This document shows, piece by piece, positions 26,846-41,300 of a stretch of DNA of 64,000 bases. Position numbers and translations under genes: made by a program. Positions within the stretch are counted from its first letter, which is position 1, and each line of letters starts with the position of its first letter. The DNA is taken from the NCBI RefSeq assembly GCF_001194135.2, contig NC_068996.1:55944143-56008142 (forward strand), in the 5' to 3' direction. This DNA is from Octopus bimaculoides. Taxonomy: Eukaryota. The notes beneath the pieces were generated by a model. It had not been told where the DNA came from. It saw nothing but the letters and a program-made list of their open reading frames with translations, and searched no databases.

Positions 26846-29800
26846 GATTTAATCCAATTAGCAGTTACCTCAGAATATATGAACATAACAAAAAACTTCT
26901 AGCAAAGCTGTGTGTATGCTTTATGAGTAACCATATGATTTGTATTTGGTTCTTCAGTTTTCTCTTCATTGGTGACATTATTTTGTCTTTGCTCTCCCCC
27001 TCTCCTCTCTTTATCTCCTATTTTTCACAACTTGTTTTTTTTTTCTTTTTTTCTATCACTTAATTTTCTCTCTTTGTTAGCATGTATGATAGAAATGGAG
27101 TGTGCATGTAATGTTTGAATGCTTGTGACTTACTTAACCCTTTAGCATTCAGATTACTCTCTTAAATGTAACGCTTTATTTATTCACTTTATCTTCAATC
27201 AATCATTTTTATTATCTCTTAGTTTTGAGATTTCAATGATGAAATCGTTTAGTTTCAGAATGACATTGTAGGGTAGGTGTGAGAGGCCTGATCTGACTGG
27301 CTTGAGCATAAAACAGGTAGAATATATGAGCTGGATATGGGTGGTTTAAATGGTAAAGGGTTAATTTAAGGATGTGTGCACATGTATGAAAGGAGTTTCA
27401 TGTACGAAAGGAGTTCATATGCGTGTATGTTTGTATGCTTGTGTTTGTTTGCGTATTAGTTTTTTCTTTTGTCAGCATGTATAAAAGAAAGGGGAGTGTG
27501 CATGTGTGTGTATGTGTATATATGCGTGTGTGTTAGTGTCTTACGTAAACATATCTTTGATATTTTAGTTCTTATTCCGTGCACCCACATTTATACATTC
27601 TCTCTATTGCCTCTCTCTCATTCTCTCTCTCTGTCTCTCTGTTTCCATCTTTGGCCCTCCCTCCTAACTTCCTACATTGTCCTTCTTTCCTTACTTTTTT
27701 TGCTAACTTTCACGCAGCTATTGCACATATACACCTGAGGACACACACACATGTACACACACACACATGCGCGCACACACATGCACAAACATACACACAC
27801 ACACACACAATATTTACTGCATTAGTAAAAAAACAGATTCTAAAGCTTCCTTGTCCCTTTCTCTCTCTCTCTGCTCTTTTTTTCTTTTTTGCCACATGCA
27901 TGCTTTTTCTTTGTTTGTCTGTCTGTTTGTCTGTCACTCTCTCTTTCTCTCTCTTTCTCTCACATCTTTTTCTTGCTGCAGCATCCTATCTCTCTCTCTC
28001 CTTCCCTTCCCCCCTCTTTCATTCTCCATTTCAATCTGTCTCATCTCATTTTACATTTCTTTTCCTCATCTTCATCATTTTTTTGTCCAATTTTGTTGAT
28101 ATTTTTTTGAAATACTTTCATAACAATTAAAAGAAAAAGTAAAATTAAAAAAAAAAAATGATATTTTGATATTTAAAAAAAAAAAATAATAGTTCTTCAC
28201 CGATATCTGCTGGATTTTTTTTTTTTTAAATGCATTAATGTTCTCTTTAATTTCACTTTCTAAAGGACAGTGATGTGGGCTGCAACAGAGAAGGCTGCAA
28301 GGCCGGCTGTATACTAGGTCTTGTTTCCAATTCTTTGTGATACCTGTCAGGGTTAAATATTTACTCCACTTCCTCCAGCAGACAGATTCTCAATAACACA
28401 CAATAAAAGCACAATGAAAAAGAAAACCTATATGTTATAATAAACAAAACAAAAACAATTTCAGTTTTAAATTCTTTCTCTCTCTCTTTCTCTCTCTCTC
28501 TTTCACTGTGTTTATATCGATCAAAGGTTAGCACTAATTATACATATACACATATGCATACATACTGTCTTGTTAAAAGAATAATTTATATAAGTTGATA
28601 TGGAAACAATTATTAATATCTCACTTAACGTAGATATTCTATTAAAAGCCATAAAACTGTGGTATTTGTCTCAAGACATCATCTCACATGGATGTATAAT
28701 ATTGAAAAACACAGAAGTGTATAAGCAACAGATATACTCTTTGACATCTATGAAATGAATGAAACCATGATTTCTGTATTTTTGCATGTCATCAGCAGCC
28801 ATTATCCACCCTATCACACACTTAGAAAAAAATTAGCTCCTACTGATATAGAAAAACTGTGACTAATAAATGACTGGTGTCACAAATAGTTGGCAGACTG
28901 GGTTAAAACTTGTTATTAGCAATGGATACAGTGTCTTGTTTTTCTAAAGCAATAGAAGTAAAATTTGAGTAAGCCTGTGCTTAATAATGGATCTTGCTAC
29001 AGGTGATGCTAAAGAAAAGAAAAGAAATCTAGACTTAGCAAATTTCACCCCTTACTTCTGGATGCCTTTTCTCTACTACTCATGCATTTGTCTGCTTTTC
29101 AGCACCAAATGTGTACATGGGATACTTTCTTTTGATGAATACTGCTGTTGTGTAGCTTTTTATAGTATGTCCTGGTTAGCTAAGATATACAAAATGCTAC
29201 ATGTGCATTTGTGTGCATGTGTGTGTGTGTCTAAATATATGGCTGTCTATATATGTTTGAATATATAATACGTTTTGTGCTTTTTCTTTTGTATTTTGCA
29301 CCCTTTCAAAGGTGACAATATGAATATATATTTACATACATATATATGTGTGTGTGCGTGTGCATGTTTATATACTTGTATAGCGTGACACGTATCCAAA
29401 GATTAGGCTCAGTTGTGGCTTTCACACTGCACACCAGTATCCAGTGTGGTACAACACAAGGCATCAACATGGTGGGCCAGGGTGCAGAATACGAACCAAA
29501 GAATAGAAAGGATAATGAATAAACAGAAGACATTTTAGGAACTCAATACTTTATAGAACGTACACATGTCTCATTAGTATACTGTCATAATTATAAAGAA
29601 TAAAAAGTTTTGAATGGTACAACAATGCACTATAATACAAAAAATGGACTATATACCTGTTGTGATTCCTTCTTCAGATATTCTTAGATGGAGTCATTGC
29701 TATAATCGGTTTACAATGGCTTTTCTTGAAAAGCCGTTGTAAAATGATTATAGCAGAGACTCCATCTAAGAATATCTGAAGAAGGAATTGTATTCTGAAA

Positions 29801-31349
29801 TATCATCGGACTATAGATAACTAAATTACAACAGGTATATAGTCCATTTTTTGTATTATAGTGCATTGTTGTACCATTCAAAACTTTTTATTCTTTACAA
29901 ACAATACACAATGCTTCAAGTGAACTACAATACTCTCCTGTCATAATTATATAACAAATTCCACTTCATCTCATCAGTGTATTTATTGCAGTTCACTAAT
30001 GAGGTGAAGTGCAAGACTGCATTATGTTTTGTATTATGTAATTGTTATGGCATTTTGATGAAACGAACATATGTTCTATAAAGTATTTAATATCATATCT
30101 GTTTTCTGCTTAACTATTATATATATATATATGTGCATATATACTATATGTGTATATTCTTACTTTTACAAAACACATACACAATATTATATACAGTGTT
30201 GTTTAAACTCATGACAATACTTAGACTTTATAAGATGAATTTCAAGCTCATCTTATTCAGCTCACTCTACTTGTGGTCATACTTCTGTTCTCAGTGTACA
30301 TGCCAACATGCATTCAAGCACAGCATCTACATTCATATTCATCAACATGCACTCTGTACAATCATACACAAACTGCTCCATCCTGTATTTCATGAAACAG
30401 AAAAACAAATTTGCATAAAGGAAAAGTAGCAAAATTAAAATTAAATTGAATTAAATTTTGACAATTTTTAACACTTTTAACAAAATGTGTTATTCCCTAC
30501 TCTGTCTGCTGGTGTGAACTTAAAAAAAATAAATAACTAGCTTAACCCTTTAGCATTCAGATATTTCTCTGTCAAATGTAATGCTGTATATATTCACATT
30601 GTTTTGAATTAATCATGCATTATCTCATAGCTTTGAGATTTTCATGATGTAATTGTTTATTTTTAGAATAACATTGTAGGGTCGGTGTGAGATGCCAGAT
30701 CTGGCTACTTTCAACATGAAACAGGTAGAATATTTGTGCCAGATATGGCCAGTTTAAATGCTAAAGGGTTAATTGTGAATCATCACGAAATATACATACA
30801 TACACTATATATNNNNNNNNNNNNNNNNNNNNNNNNNNNNNNNNNNNNNNNNNNNNNNNNNNNNNNNNNNNNNNNNNNNNNNNNNNNNNNNNNNNNNNNN
30901 NNNNNNNNNNNNNNNNNNNNNNNNNNNNNNNNNNNNNNNNNNNNNNNNNNNNNNNNNNNNNNNNNNNNNNNNNNNNNNNNNNNNNNNNNNNNNNNNNNNN
31001 NNNNNNNNNNNNNNNNNNNNNNNNNNNNNNNNNNNNNNNNNNNNNNNNNNNNNNNNNNNNNNNNNNNNNNNNNNNNATTTTTTTTAAAACGTCCAGTCAC
31101 TCAGATTTTTCCTTTCATTAAGTGAAATTAAGTAAATATATTAATTAAGTAAATAAGGACAAATAAACAAATAAAATGCATAATTTTAAATAGAAATTTT
31201 ACTTAGGTAAGAGAATGTACATTAAAATTTTATTATAATATTTAAATATTAGCACATATATATATATAGGTAGATAGGTAAATAGATAGGTAGGTAGGTA
31301 AATCAATCAACAGATAGGAAGGATGGAAGGCAGATAGCTATAAGTGTAT

Positions 31350-31399
<50 letters not shown>

Positions 31400-32770
31400 G
31401 TTTTTATAGTAATCATTCTGCTTCTCTTTTTCTTTACTGCTTTGCTCTAAATTATTTTCTCTAAAATAAACTTGTAGTTAATTACTATAAGCTAATTATT
31501 ATATAATTATATTTTGCCTTTTACATGTTTCAATCACTGGACTGCAGCCATGAATGGCCACCACCTTGAAAGGTTTAGTCAAACAAATTGATTCCAGTAC
31601 TTACTTTTGAAGCCTGGTATTTAACTTATTGGTCTCTTTTACTGGACAGCGAAGTTACAAGGATGTAAATAAACCAACAATAATGTTCAAGTGGTGGTGG
31701 GGGACAAACACAAATGTAAAGATAGCACACATACATCACACACACACACATATGCACGCATGTATGTGTGTAAATTGACCAATTAATATATATACATATA
31801 CACATACATACCCACACACATGCATATGTATATCAATTTAGATATACAACTGAAAGAGATTCTAATAGTTTCATGCTATTATGATACTTGAGCAGGGGTA
31901 TTCATAAAATATGTCATGTATCTTAAAGCAACCTTTGAAGCTCTGTTTATGTATTTATATATATATAAATATGTGATAAGCTTCATTCAGTTTTTGTCTA
32001 CTAAATTCACTCACAAGCTTTTGTTTGGCAAAAGTCACTTGTCCAAAGTGCCATGCAGGAGAACTGAAACCTTGATCATGTAGTTTAGAAGAAACCTTCT
32101 TACCACAGAAATCATTAGTTAGTCTCTTGATCAAAAATAAAACTAATAGGTTTTCTAATAAAAATTAATAACACCTGTTTCTGAAAAATTAAGGAAACAT
32201 AATATAGAATTGATTATAATAATTCATTAATCCCTGCAGTATAATTTGTTTATATCTAATCTGAGGTGGATATACTGTAAAGAAGCAATAACATATCTCT
32301 CTCTCACACACACACACACATTTATGTGTGTGTGTGTCTCCATTTAGTGTTAACTGTCAGAAGAATGAGTACTCAATTCCACACTAGATGTTATTTGTGT
32401 TGAGTGAGTCTCTTACAATGCTGAGCTTCTCCCAGAGGTGGACAAGATCTTCAGGCAAGTTACGATTGGAAACTGATAAGGTTTACACATTCATATTTAG
32501 TTATCCTCTCTTTCTTTTTCTTTTCCTTTTCTTTCTGTTACACTCTTTTCTTTTTCTCTCACTTTCCTTTCTCTTCTTTCTTCCTTTTCTTTTGTTTTCA
32601 TCTTTTTCCTTCTTTATCATACTTTCTCCTCATCATAGCACCCTGTGCCAAGAAAACTATGTATAAACGTGCAAACTCCCACCAAGTTTTCAGTCGTAAC
32701 TTGTTTGAAAATCAAATGCATCAACAGATGAAACTCAGAGTAACAAAAAATTGATTAGACCAAAGTAAAA

Positions 32771-32818
<48 letters not shown>

Positions 32819-33472
32819 GTGTGTGTATGTGTGTGATTTTGAAAAGAGAAAAATTAACATAATTTATGAACCAATAAGACACAACCTTCCTCCCTCATGA
32901 GACTCAGTGTGCTAACTGTTTCTCTTCTAACACTACAATATGTTTCATCTTTATATTGTGTCTGTCTGCATCGTGGGTCCTTTGGTGAGGTGGTTATTAG
33001 AACCCTCAATTCCTTTTTCTTTCTTTCTTTCTTTTATATATTTCACTGATATCGTGATATTCTCTATCTCTTCATTTTCTTTTTTTTTTTTTTATTCCGG
33101 TGAGGTTTACCGAAGAAAGCCTTCTCTTCAATTTAGTTAATGCTCTATTGAGATCTCAAATGACTAACAAGTCCAACTTCGCACAAACAGACCCCACAGG
33201 AGACGCTACAAACATTTTCAGGCCCAAATTTTAGGCAAAATATTCGCAATTATTCAATCAGATTGAATAATAGGAACATTTCAGCTATTTTTTGCAGGCT
33301 GATTTTCTGCCAAGATTTGGCACGATGAGAAAAATGTAAATTTAGTGGCTCAAGGGAAGCAATCATCCAGGAATTGTTGTACTAATTATTTCCCTTGTTA
33401 TATGTTTGCAAACCGGTGCTAACTTGACAAAATTAATGTTACATATATAAACTTACACACTCTCACACACAA

Positions 33473-33511
<39 letters not shown>

Positions 33512-34539
33512 GCTTTATTCTTTATCAAACAGGAACTCCCTTTGGTGAAATACTAGCCCACCTCACCCTACATTTTACCCCTTTCTTTTATGCAGCCACC
33601 CGTCTATGAAACATAATATATATATAAGGCACACATAAATATATCTGGATATGCACATGTGTATGCACGAGCCTTTCTGTGCATGTATTATGCACATCAG
33701 CATAGAGGGGGTTGGTTGTGGTTTCTCGTTATCATTTGTTAAGTAATAATGTTAATGTAAAAAAAAATGACCATCTTTAATCCCTTTCATTTCAAAAGCT
33801 GTTACTCTTTCACTGAAAATTAATGCATGGCAGGAATAATTTAGTTAAGAGTAGCTGTTAAATATATCTAACGCTGTATATATATAATAAAAATTTAGAC
33901 TAAATATTTTAATTTACTTTATAACATTCTTTTAATGTCTAACTTGCAATTATATTTACTAATTAAATTAATAATTGCTATCTACATCAATATTTTAAAC
34001 AGGCAGCTAAAAAATTTATAAAATTTGTTGAAAATTAAATATTTAGTGAAAATTTTTAATATTTTGTGGAAATAGGGAATAATAATCGCTAAGTATAATT
34101 GTGCATTTTCTAACAAAACCAAAAAAAAAATATATATTTAGGAGGCATTATCACTGTGTTGACCAGAATATTAGATGTTACTATACAACGCTAGTGACAA
34201 TGTGCTTCTTTGCATTGTTTTAGGTTTCAAATGAGGCTATCCCTGTAGCAAAGTAGGCATTCCCCTTGAAAAGAATGGTAGTCCATCACAGGGTGTCCCA
34301 TTTGCGGCTGAGTGGACTGGAACAATGTGAAATGAAGTGTTTTGCTCAACAACACAATGCACCACCTGGTTCAAGAATTGAAACCAGAATCTTATGATCA
34401 TGAGTGCAACACTAAGCCACACAACTTAAGATACACACACACACACACACACAAACATATATATGTTTATACATGTGTGTGTATGTGTGTATATATATAT
34501 ATATGTATATGTATGTATGTGTGTGTATATATATATATA

Positions 34540-34631
<92 letters not shown>

Positions 34632-37266
34632 AATACGTATGTATGTATGCATGAATCACTGTATTGACCAGACTACCAGAAGTTGTCTTACACTGCTGGT
34701 TACTATGCGCTTCCTCATTTTGTCCAACTTTCTAATGATGCCAACCCACTAGTGGCCAGGCCAGCCAACATTCCCTATGGTTAGAATGCCAGTCCATCGC
34801 AAAGTTACCCTTTCACAGTTGCATGGACTTGAATAACATGACATGAGATGTTCTTTTCAAGAACATAATGCTTCACTGGCCTGGGAACTGAAACTACAAT
34901 CTTGTAATCACAAGTGCAACACCCTAACCACTAGGCCAGGCATCTTCACATATTAGGCATTATATTGCAAAAAAAAAAAAAAAGAAAAAAAAGAAAGAAA
35001 AAAAAAGAAACCGGAGAATTAAAAAAATATATACAATTTATGTGCAGGAAAATCTAAAGCACAAATTTTCACATTCTAAAACATTTCACGGCTGGTTTTC
35101 CACTACAGAATATGATTTCACTTATATATATCTTTATATATATATATATATTTTTTTTAATTTTTAAAAATTATTGTTGAAATGTCTGTTCATTTGATTG
35201 GATTTTGGTTTTTGGATGCCTTATTGAGAACCAGTGTGAATTCTATTGTAGTCATTAGATTTTAATTCATTGGTGACAGTGGTTATTGTTGGGGATCAAA
35301 ATGAAGAGAAAAATATATTCTTTGGTGTACACCCTGCTGAAATTTAGATAATGTTAAAAAACCAAAACAGGTACTATAACTCTAAATTACAGTCGACCTG
35401 AGAATAATAATGACCAAAAGGTGCTTCCACACTCCTCAAACTGTGGAACTCCTGAACCAAATGGCCACAACCAGATGCAGCTTGAAGTCATACATTGGTC
35501 TTCACTAGCTGAAATATCTCATCTGTGAGTGCTGTGAGAACAGATGATAGTCGTAATTCAGTAGCTGAACTGGTTGTTCCTGGCCATTGACAGTTTTGTT
35601 TTCAGTTCCCCCTTTCAGTATCTAGTGACATTTGCCATTAGTTCAATGAAATTCACTTGTTGAAATAGTTTACATCCAACATGCTGCATCTTATGATTTT
35701 AATTTACTCAGCTTGGGGCCTGACAAATGCTACTACCAGACCTGGAAATAGTAGTGGTTTAGACATGGTTCCACATTTCTTACAATCTTGGTAGTCCAGG
35801 AGACTAGGGCCACAATATTAGATGCATTAGTAGCCCTTTTTTAGATCCCAGTTATGGGTTAAATAACATGTAACTATTCAAGACAGGATAAGTTGAAATC
35901 ATAGTATGTAGCGGGATTGAAGTGAATTGTTTCAACAAATGAATCTTACTGAGTCAATGATGAATATCAAAAAATATGGAGAAGATGAACAGACAACAAA
36001 CTCAATGGCCAAGATTAACCAGTTCAATTAGTGAAGTACTGCTATTATTTGTAGACATGGTGTGAGCAAAGGAGATATTTTAGCTAGTGAAAGACCAATG
36101 TAATTAAAGTCTAGGTCAGACAATCATGCTGCATTGATTGATCAGTACATCTAGTGTGAAAAAGTTGTATTGTTCCAGGCAATTTGCTTGACCAGACAAT
36201 AAAAAAAAAAAAAGAAAAGAAGGAAAATATTTTTTTTATTCTCATATACGAATAGAACATAATATTTTCTTTATGTGTTTTGTGCTTACATATGTATCTA
36301 TGTTATGTATAGGATGTAAGTGTATTTATATGCAATCATAACTTAAATTTATACATCAGTTTCAATGAACTTGTGTATAACACATTTTTGTGAATTCTTG
36401 TGCATTTAGAAAGAGCAAGCTGTTAGTAGAGGGGAGCATGAGATGATTTGTGAAAGATAGATAGGAATACTGTGAAGTGGGATGTCACAGGAAAGGAGAA
36501 ACAGATTGAATAAATATTTAATCCTTCAGCATTCAGATTTCTCTATCAAATGTATTCTTAATTATTCATATTGATTTGAATTAATCAAGCATTTTCTCAT
36601 AGTTTTGAGATTTCAATGACGTGATTGTTCAATTTTTAGAATAACATTGTAGGGTTGGTGTGAGAAGGCAGATCTTGCCTTTTTGAAAATAAAACAGAAT
36701 ATTTGGGCTGCATATGGCTAGGTTTAAATGTTAAAGGGTTCAATTAAGATACTTAAGAGACAGAGAGAGAGATAGAGAAGGAGAGTGGAGGAGAGAGAGT
36801 AGGTTTTGAGAAACAGAGATTGTTATAATATCAGTTACAAAGTAGCCAGCAAGTGGTTTAAGAATGCCGGAGAGATATGGTTTGCTTAGTGATCAGCACT
36901 CTGTTCCTTTTGAGTGATGTGACATATAATATACATGCACACACATTAATGCAACCAGATGTATCAACACAATCATAACTGCAGATGTTTCGATTGTAAT
37001 AAAAATATTTCACAATATTTTATTTTTATTTTCATATACATCTGAATACAGCAAAAACATATTTGTTTTGAGAAGAAAAGCTTGATAGTCAGCAGTCTGT
37101 ACTTCTGGCTAATTAACTGAAGGATCAATTAAATATGCAAATTGCAATGTGCAACTATTGCATCCTGCTAAACTTTTCAAAACATGTGTAAGCTAAATAA
37201 ATTGCTGATAATGTTTCTTCATTCTTTATCTTGTTTCACCTAAAATATATATATATATGTATATTA

Positions 37267-37319
<53 letters not shown>

Positions 37320-37664
37320 CATATATATAATCCTGGTAATCTATCCAAAGAAATTTATTCTTAAGGAATTGTCTACTTATCTCTGTGACACTAGTTCTCA
37401 AGCAAGGAAATAACCAAAGTCTTATCAAAGAAAGTCACTTTTGATTGTTGTTGTTCTTTATTTTAATTTTTTTTTAATATTATGTAATTTACTTTATAAA
37501 GCATGAGTAATTTAAGCCTTACTTTGTTTATTATTATTATTACTACTACTACTACTACTACTACTACTATTACTACTACTACTATTACTACTACTACTAT
37601 TACTACTACTATTACTACTACTACTATTACTATTACTATTATTATTATTATCATTATTATTAAA

Positions 37665-37698
<34 letters not shown>

Positions 37699-37930
37699 GT
37701 TGTTGTTGTTGTTGTTAATGTGGTGAGCTGGCAGTATTGTAAACATACCAGACAGAATTCTTAATGGCATTTTGTCCTCTGTCTTCACATTCTGAGTTCA
37801 AATTCCACTGAGGTTGGCTTTGCTGTTCATCCTTTCGGGGTTGATGAAATAAGTGCCAGGTACACACTGGGGGTCGATATAATCGACTAGCCCTTCACCA
37901 CAAAACTTCAGGCCTTGCATCTATAGCAAA

Positions 37931-37978
<48 letters not shown>

Positions 37979-38229
37979 ATTATTATCAATTATTAATTAT
38001 TATTTTTTTTATTGTTATTAATATTAAACTGGTGAGCTGTCAGAATTGTAAACATGTTGGACAAAATGCTTAGCAGTTGTTCCAGTTTTACATTCTGAGT
38101 TCAAATTCTGCTGAAGTAGACTTTGCCTTTCATCCTTTTGGGGTTGATTAAATAAAGTCCAGGTGTCATACTGGGCTCAATGTAATCAACTAACCCCTTC
38201 CCCTAAAATTGATGGCCTTGAGCCAAAAC

Positions 38230-38260
<31 letters not shown>

Positions 38261-38318
38261 TTATCATTATCATCATCTTCATCATCATTATTATTAATAT
38301 TATTATTATTATCATTAG

Positions 38319-38360
<42 letters not shown>

Positions 38361-41300
38361 CATTATTATTATTATTATCATCATCATCATTATTTTCCTG
38401 TCATTATGGATTTATTCTGTCAGATCTATTTTTCAGAAATAAATCTTTTTTTTTACAATTTATTTATTTTATTATTTCTATTTTTTGTTGGTTTTTTTTT
38501 TTTTAATAATTGCTATTATTTATTTATTTTTTTTTTTTTCTGCTGTTTTGCTCATACAATTTTAAATGTATTTTATCAGTTTGGGATGTTTGAGACCATG
38601 TTGAGTGCCTTTATGGATGAATATCCTGAATATCTCCGAGGAAAGAAAACATTGATTTGTGCCATTGCTTGTTTCGTGGAACTTCTGCTTGGACTCCCCT
38701 GCATTACTCAGGTTAGTATTGGTTTATTTCTTTAGTTCTTCTAATAGTCATTGCAGCCAAGCTAAATCTCTTCAGAGATTTTATAAAGTTCATAGGTCTA
38801 GAGAATCATCCATGTACCTCTATTTCATCTCTCAATTACTTCAGTCTACTGGAGTGATAAAGATAGAATGAGGCATGTCACCCCTGGACTGAAACAGCTG
38901 TAAGATATTATCCCATTTTCTGTCACTATATGTCATTTTTTTAATTACTGATATGACATAATATGTTACATGTGTTTGTATATTGTTATTAATGTCCTTT
39001 TAGTAAACAAATGAATAAGTAAATTGACATAATACAATGTTTGCAAGTTGATGAATACCACCTATTAATCCCCTCCATTTTCTTATTGCTATATAAATTA
39101 ATGGTAAAATAACTTTTTACCCGCACCCATTAATTGCACTTGGTAATGTAATTGCCATGCAATGAAAAAACACTAGTGTAATAATAACTGCGTATTCTTC
39201 CAGCAGTATATTGGAAAGATATTATCCCTTAGTGGGTTGGATTCACAACCCCTAACTTTCTTGGATTATATATATATATATATATATCTGAAAGGCTTCT
39301 TTAGTTTCAGAAAGGTTCAGTCAGCTTGGGGCTATAGTAGAAAACACTTTCCCAAGATGCTGTGAAGTGGGACTGAGTTCAGGATGATATGGTAGGGAAG
39401 CAAACTTGATACCACACAGCCGTGACTGTGAATTATGGTAAGAATACATATGTCTATGGCTTGGTAGCAAGTGCTACTCCAGTGATGTCTTTCAATTTCC
39501 ATGTACTCAGATTTATTTGCAGGTTTTCAAGTAGGTCTTTAGAGTGTCCTAATAGTGCAGTGGGTGACCTTAGTGCTTGCTATCAAAGCTATGTTGACCA
39601 TAGAAGAAGGCTTTAGGTATATGAGTATCTTCCATGGGTAGCCCATGGCCAACTCACCTCTCAGCCACTGATGCCCCCAGCTCTACTTTGACCCAGTAGC
39701 AAGGGTCCAAGTTATGGGTTAATAGAAGGTCACTCACAGACACCCTAATGGGTCCAGTGCATATGAGGCCCTTTAGCTCTCATCTAAGAGAAGATTACTT
39801 TGTACATATCCCTGCATTCTAATAACTACTGGTTTTGTAACATTTGTTGCACCAGGCCAATACACATTTGATGTAAGAGTGGGACTGGCTCAGCACAAAC
39901 AATGCAAACCACTATGACAATATTCTTCTTCATTCTAAGTTAAGAACTAACAATTTTCTTTTTTATATTTTACAGGGTGGAATCTATGTATTACAAATCA
40001 TGGACTGGTATTGCGCAAGTTTCTCTCTGATGTTGATCTCTCTGGCAGAGTGTGTTGTCATTGCATGGATTTATGGTATATATCATATTTTGTGTATATA
40101 TATATATATATATATATACTTATGTATGTAAAACTACATATATCCACACATATACGCAAAACATGCACGCACGCGCGCACACACACACACAAACACACAC
40201 ACACACACACACACACACAGGCACAAACATTATCCATACTTAACTTATGTGTGTTGTTTAAATGTCAGAAGCTTTTGTTTTGCATCTGGGAAAGGTCCCT
40301 TTGAAGATGTTATAGTGTGAATCAAACTCAATATATTTCTTAGCTAAATCACCCCAGAAGTGATCTCGTGAGTGACAGATACATATTTCGCTTTATTTGG
40401 AGCTTATCAATATAATGCACTCAAGTCACTTCCAAAATCAAAATCTCTAACCTGAAATAGATATACACAAATAGTGTATGAAATATTTGCTGATTTACAG
40501 TGGTGGAGTTGCATATGTAGAATAAATTCAGATTGTGCAATAGATGCAGCTCCTTAATATAAACAGTATTAATATTACCTACTTAATGTAAATGTGTTTA
40601 GACACTAGAGGTTGCGTTTTGTTATCCAGGAAATATCCATTTTATTTATTTATTTATATACATATATACATATACATTTATTTANNNNNNNNNNNNNNNN
40701 NNNNNNNNNNNNNNNNNNNNNNNNNNNNNNNNNNNNNNNNNNNNNNNNNNNNNNNNNNNNNNNNNNNNNNNNNNNNNNNNNNNNGCTAGCATGGAAAGCG
40801 GACGTTAAACGATGATGATGATGATGATGCACATATATATATATATATGACAAAAATACAGATGGAGAAAATCACATCTTTAATCGGTGATTCCACCATA
40901 CAATACCAAAGATCATTACTGTTGTGTCTGCATATTTAGACACAGAAAAATCTATAAAATACCAGTCAAATTAATATATCTGAAAGTATATGCTAATACA
41001 ATATCATCTAGGCAATCCAAAATTGCTTAAATTCAAAGTGAACTAAGAAAATATCTCCAATAGATGAATGCATACAAAATGAACGTTAAGAAGAAATATA
41101 ATATTCTAAGAAAAGTCACTTTTGTCTTTAATATTTGATGATGTCAGTAGATAACAAAAGAATAATGGATAAACATATCCTATGTCAAGACAATTAGTTA
41201 TTTATCTATTTATCTACGTATTTAATAGTGCTTATGATCCCCTGTTATTACTTTACATTAATAAACTGTATTTTCCCTTAAACACCAGTTTTCTAAAGGA

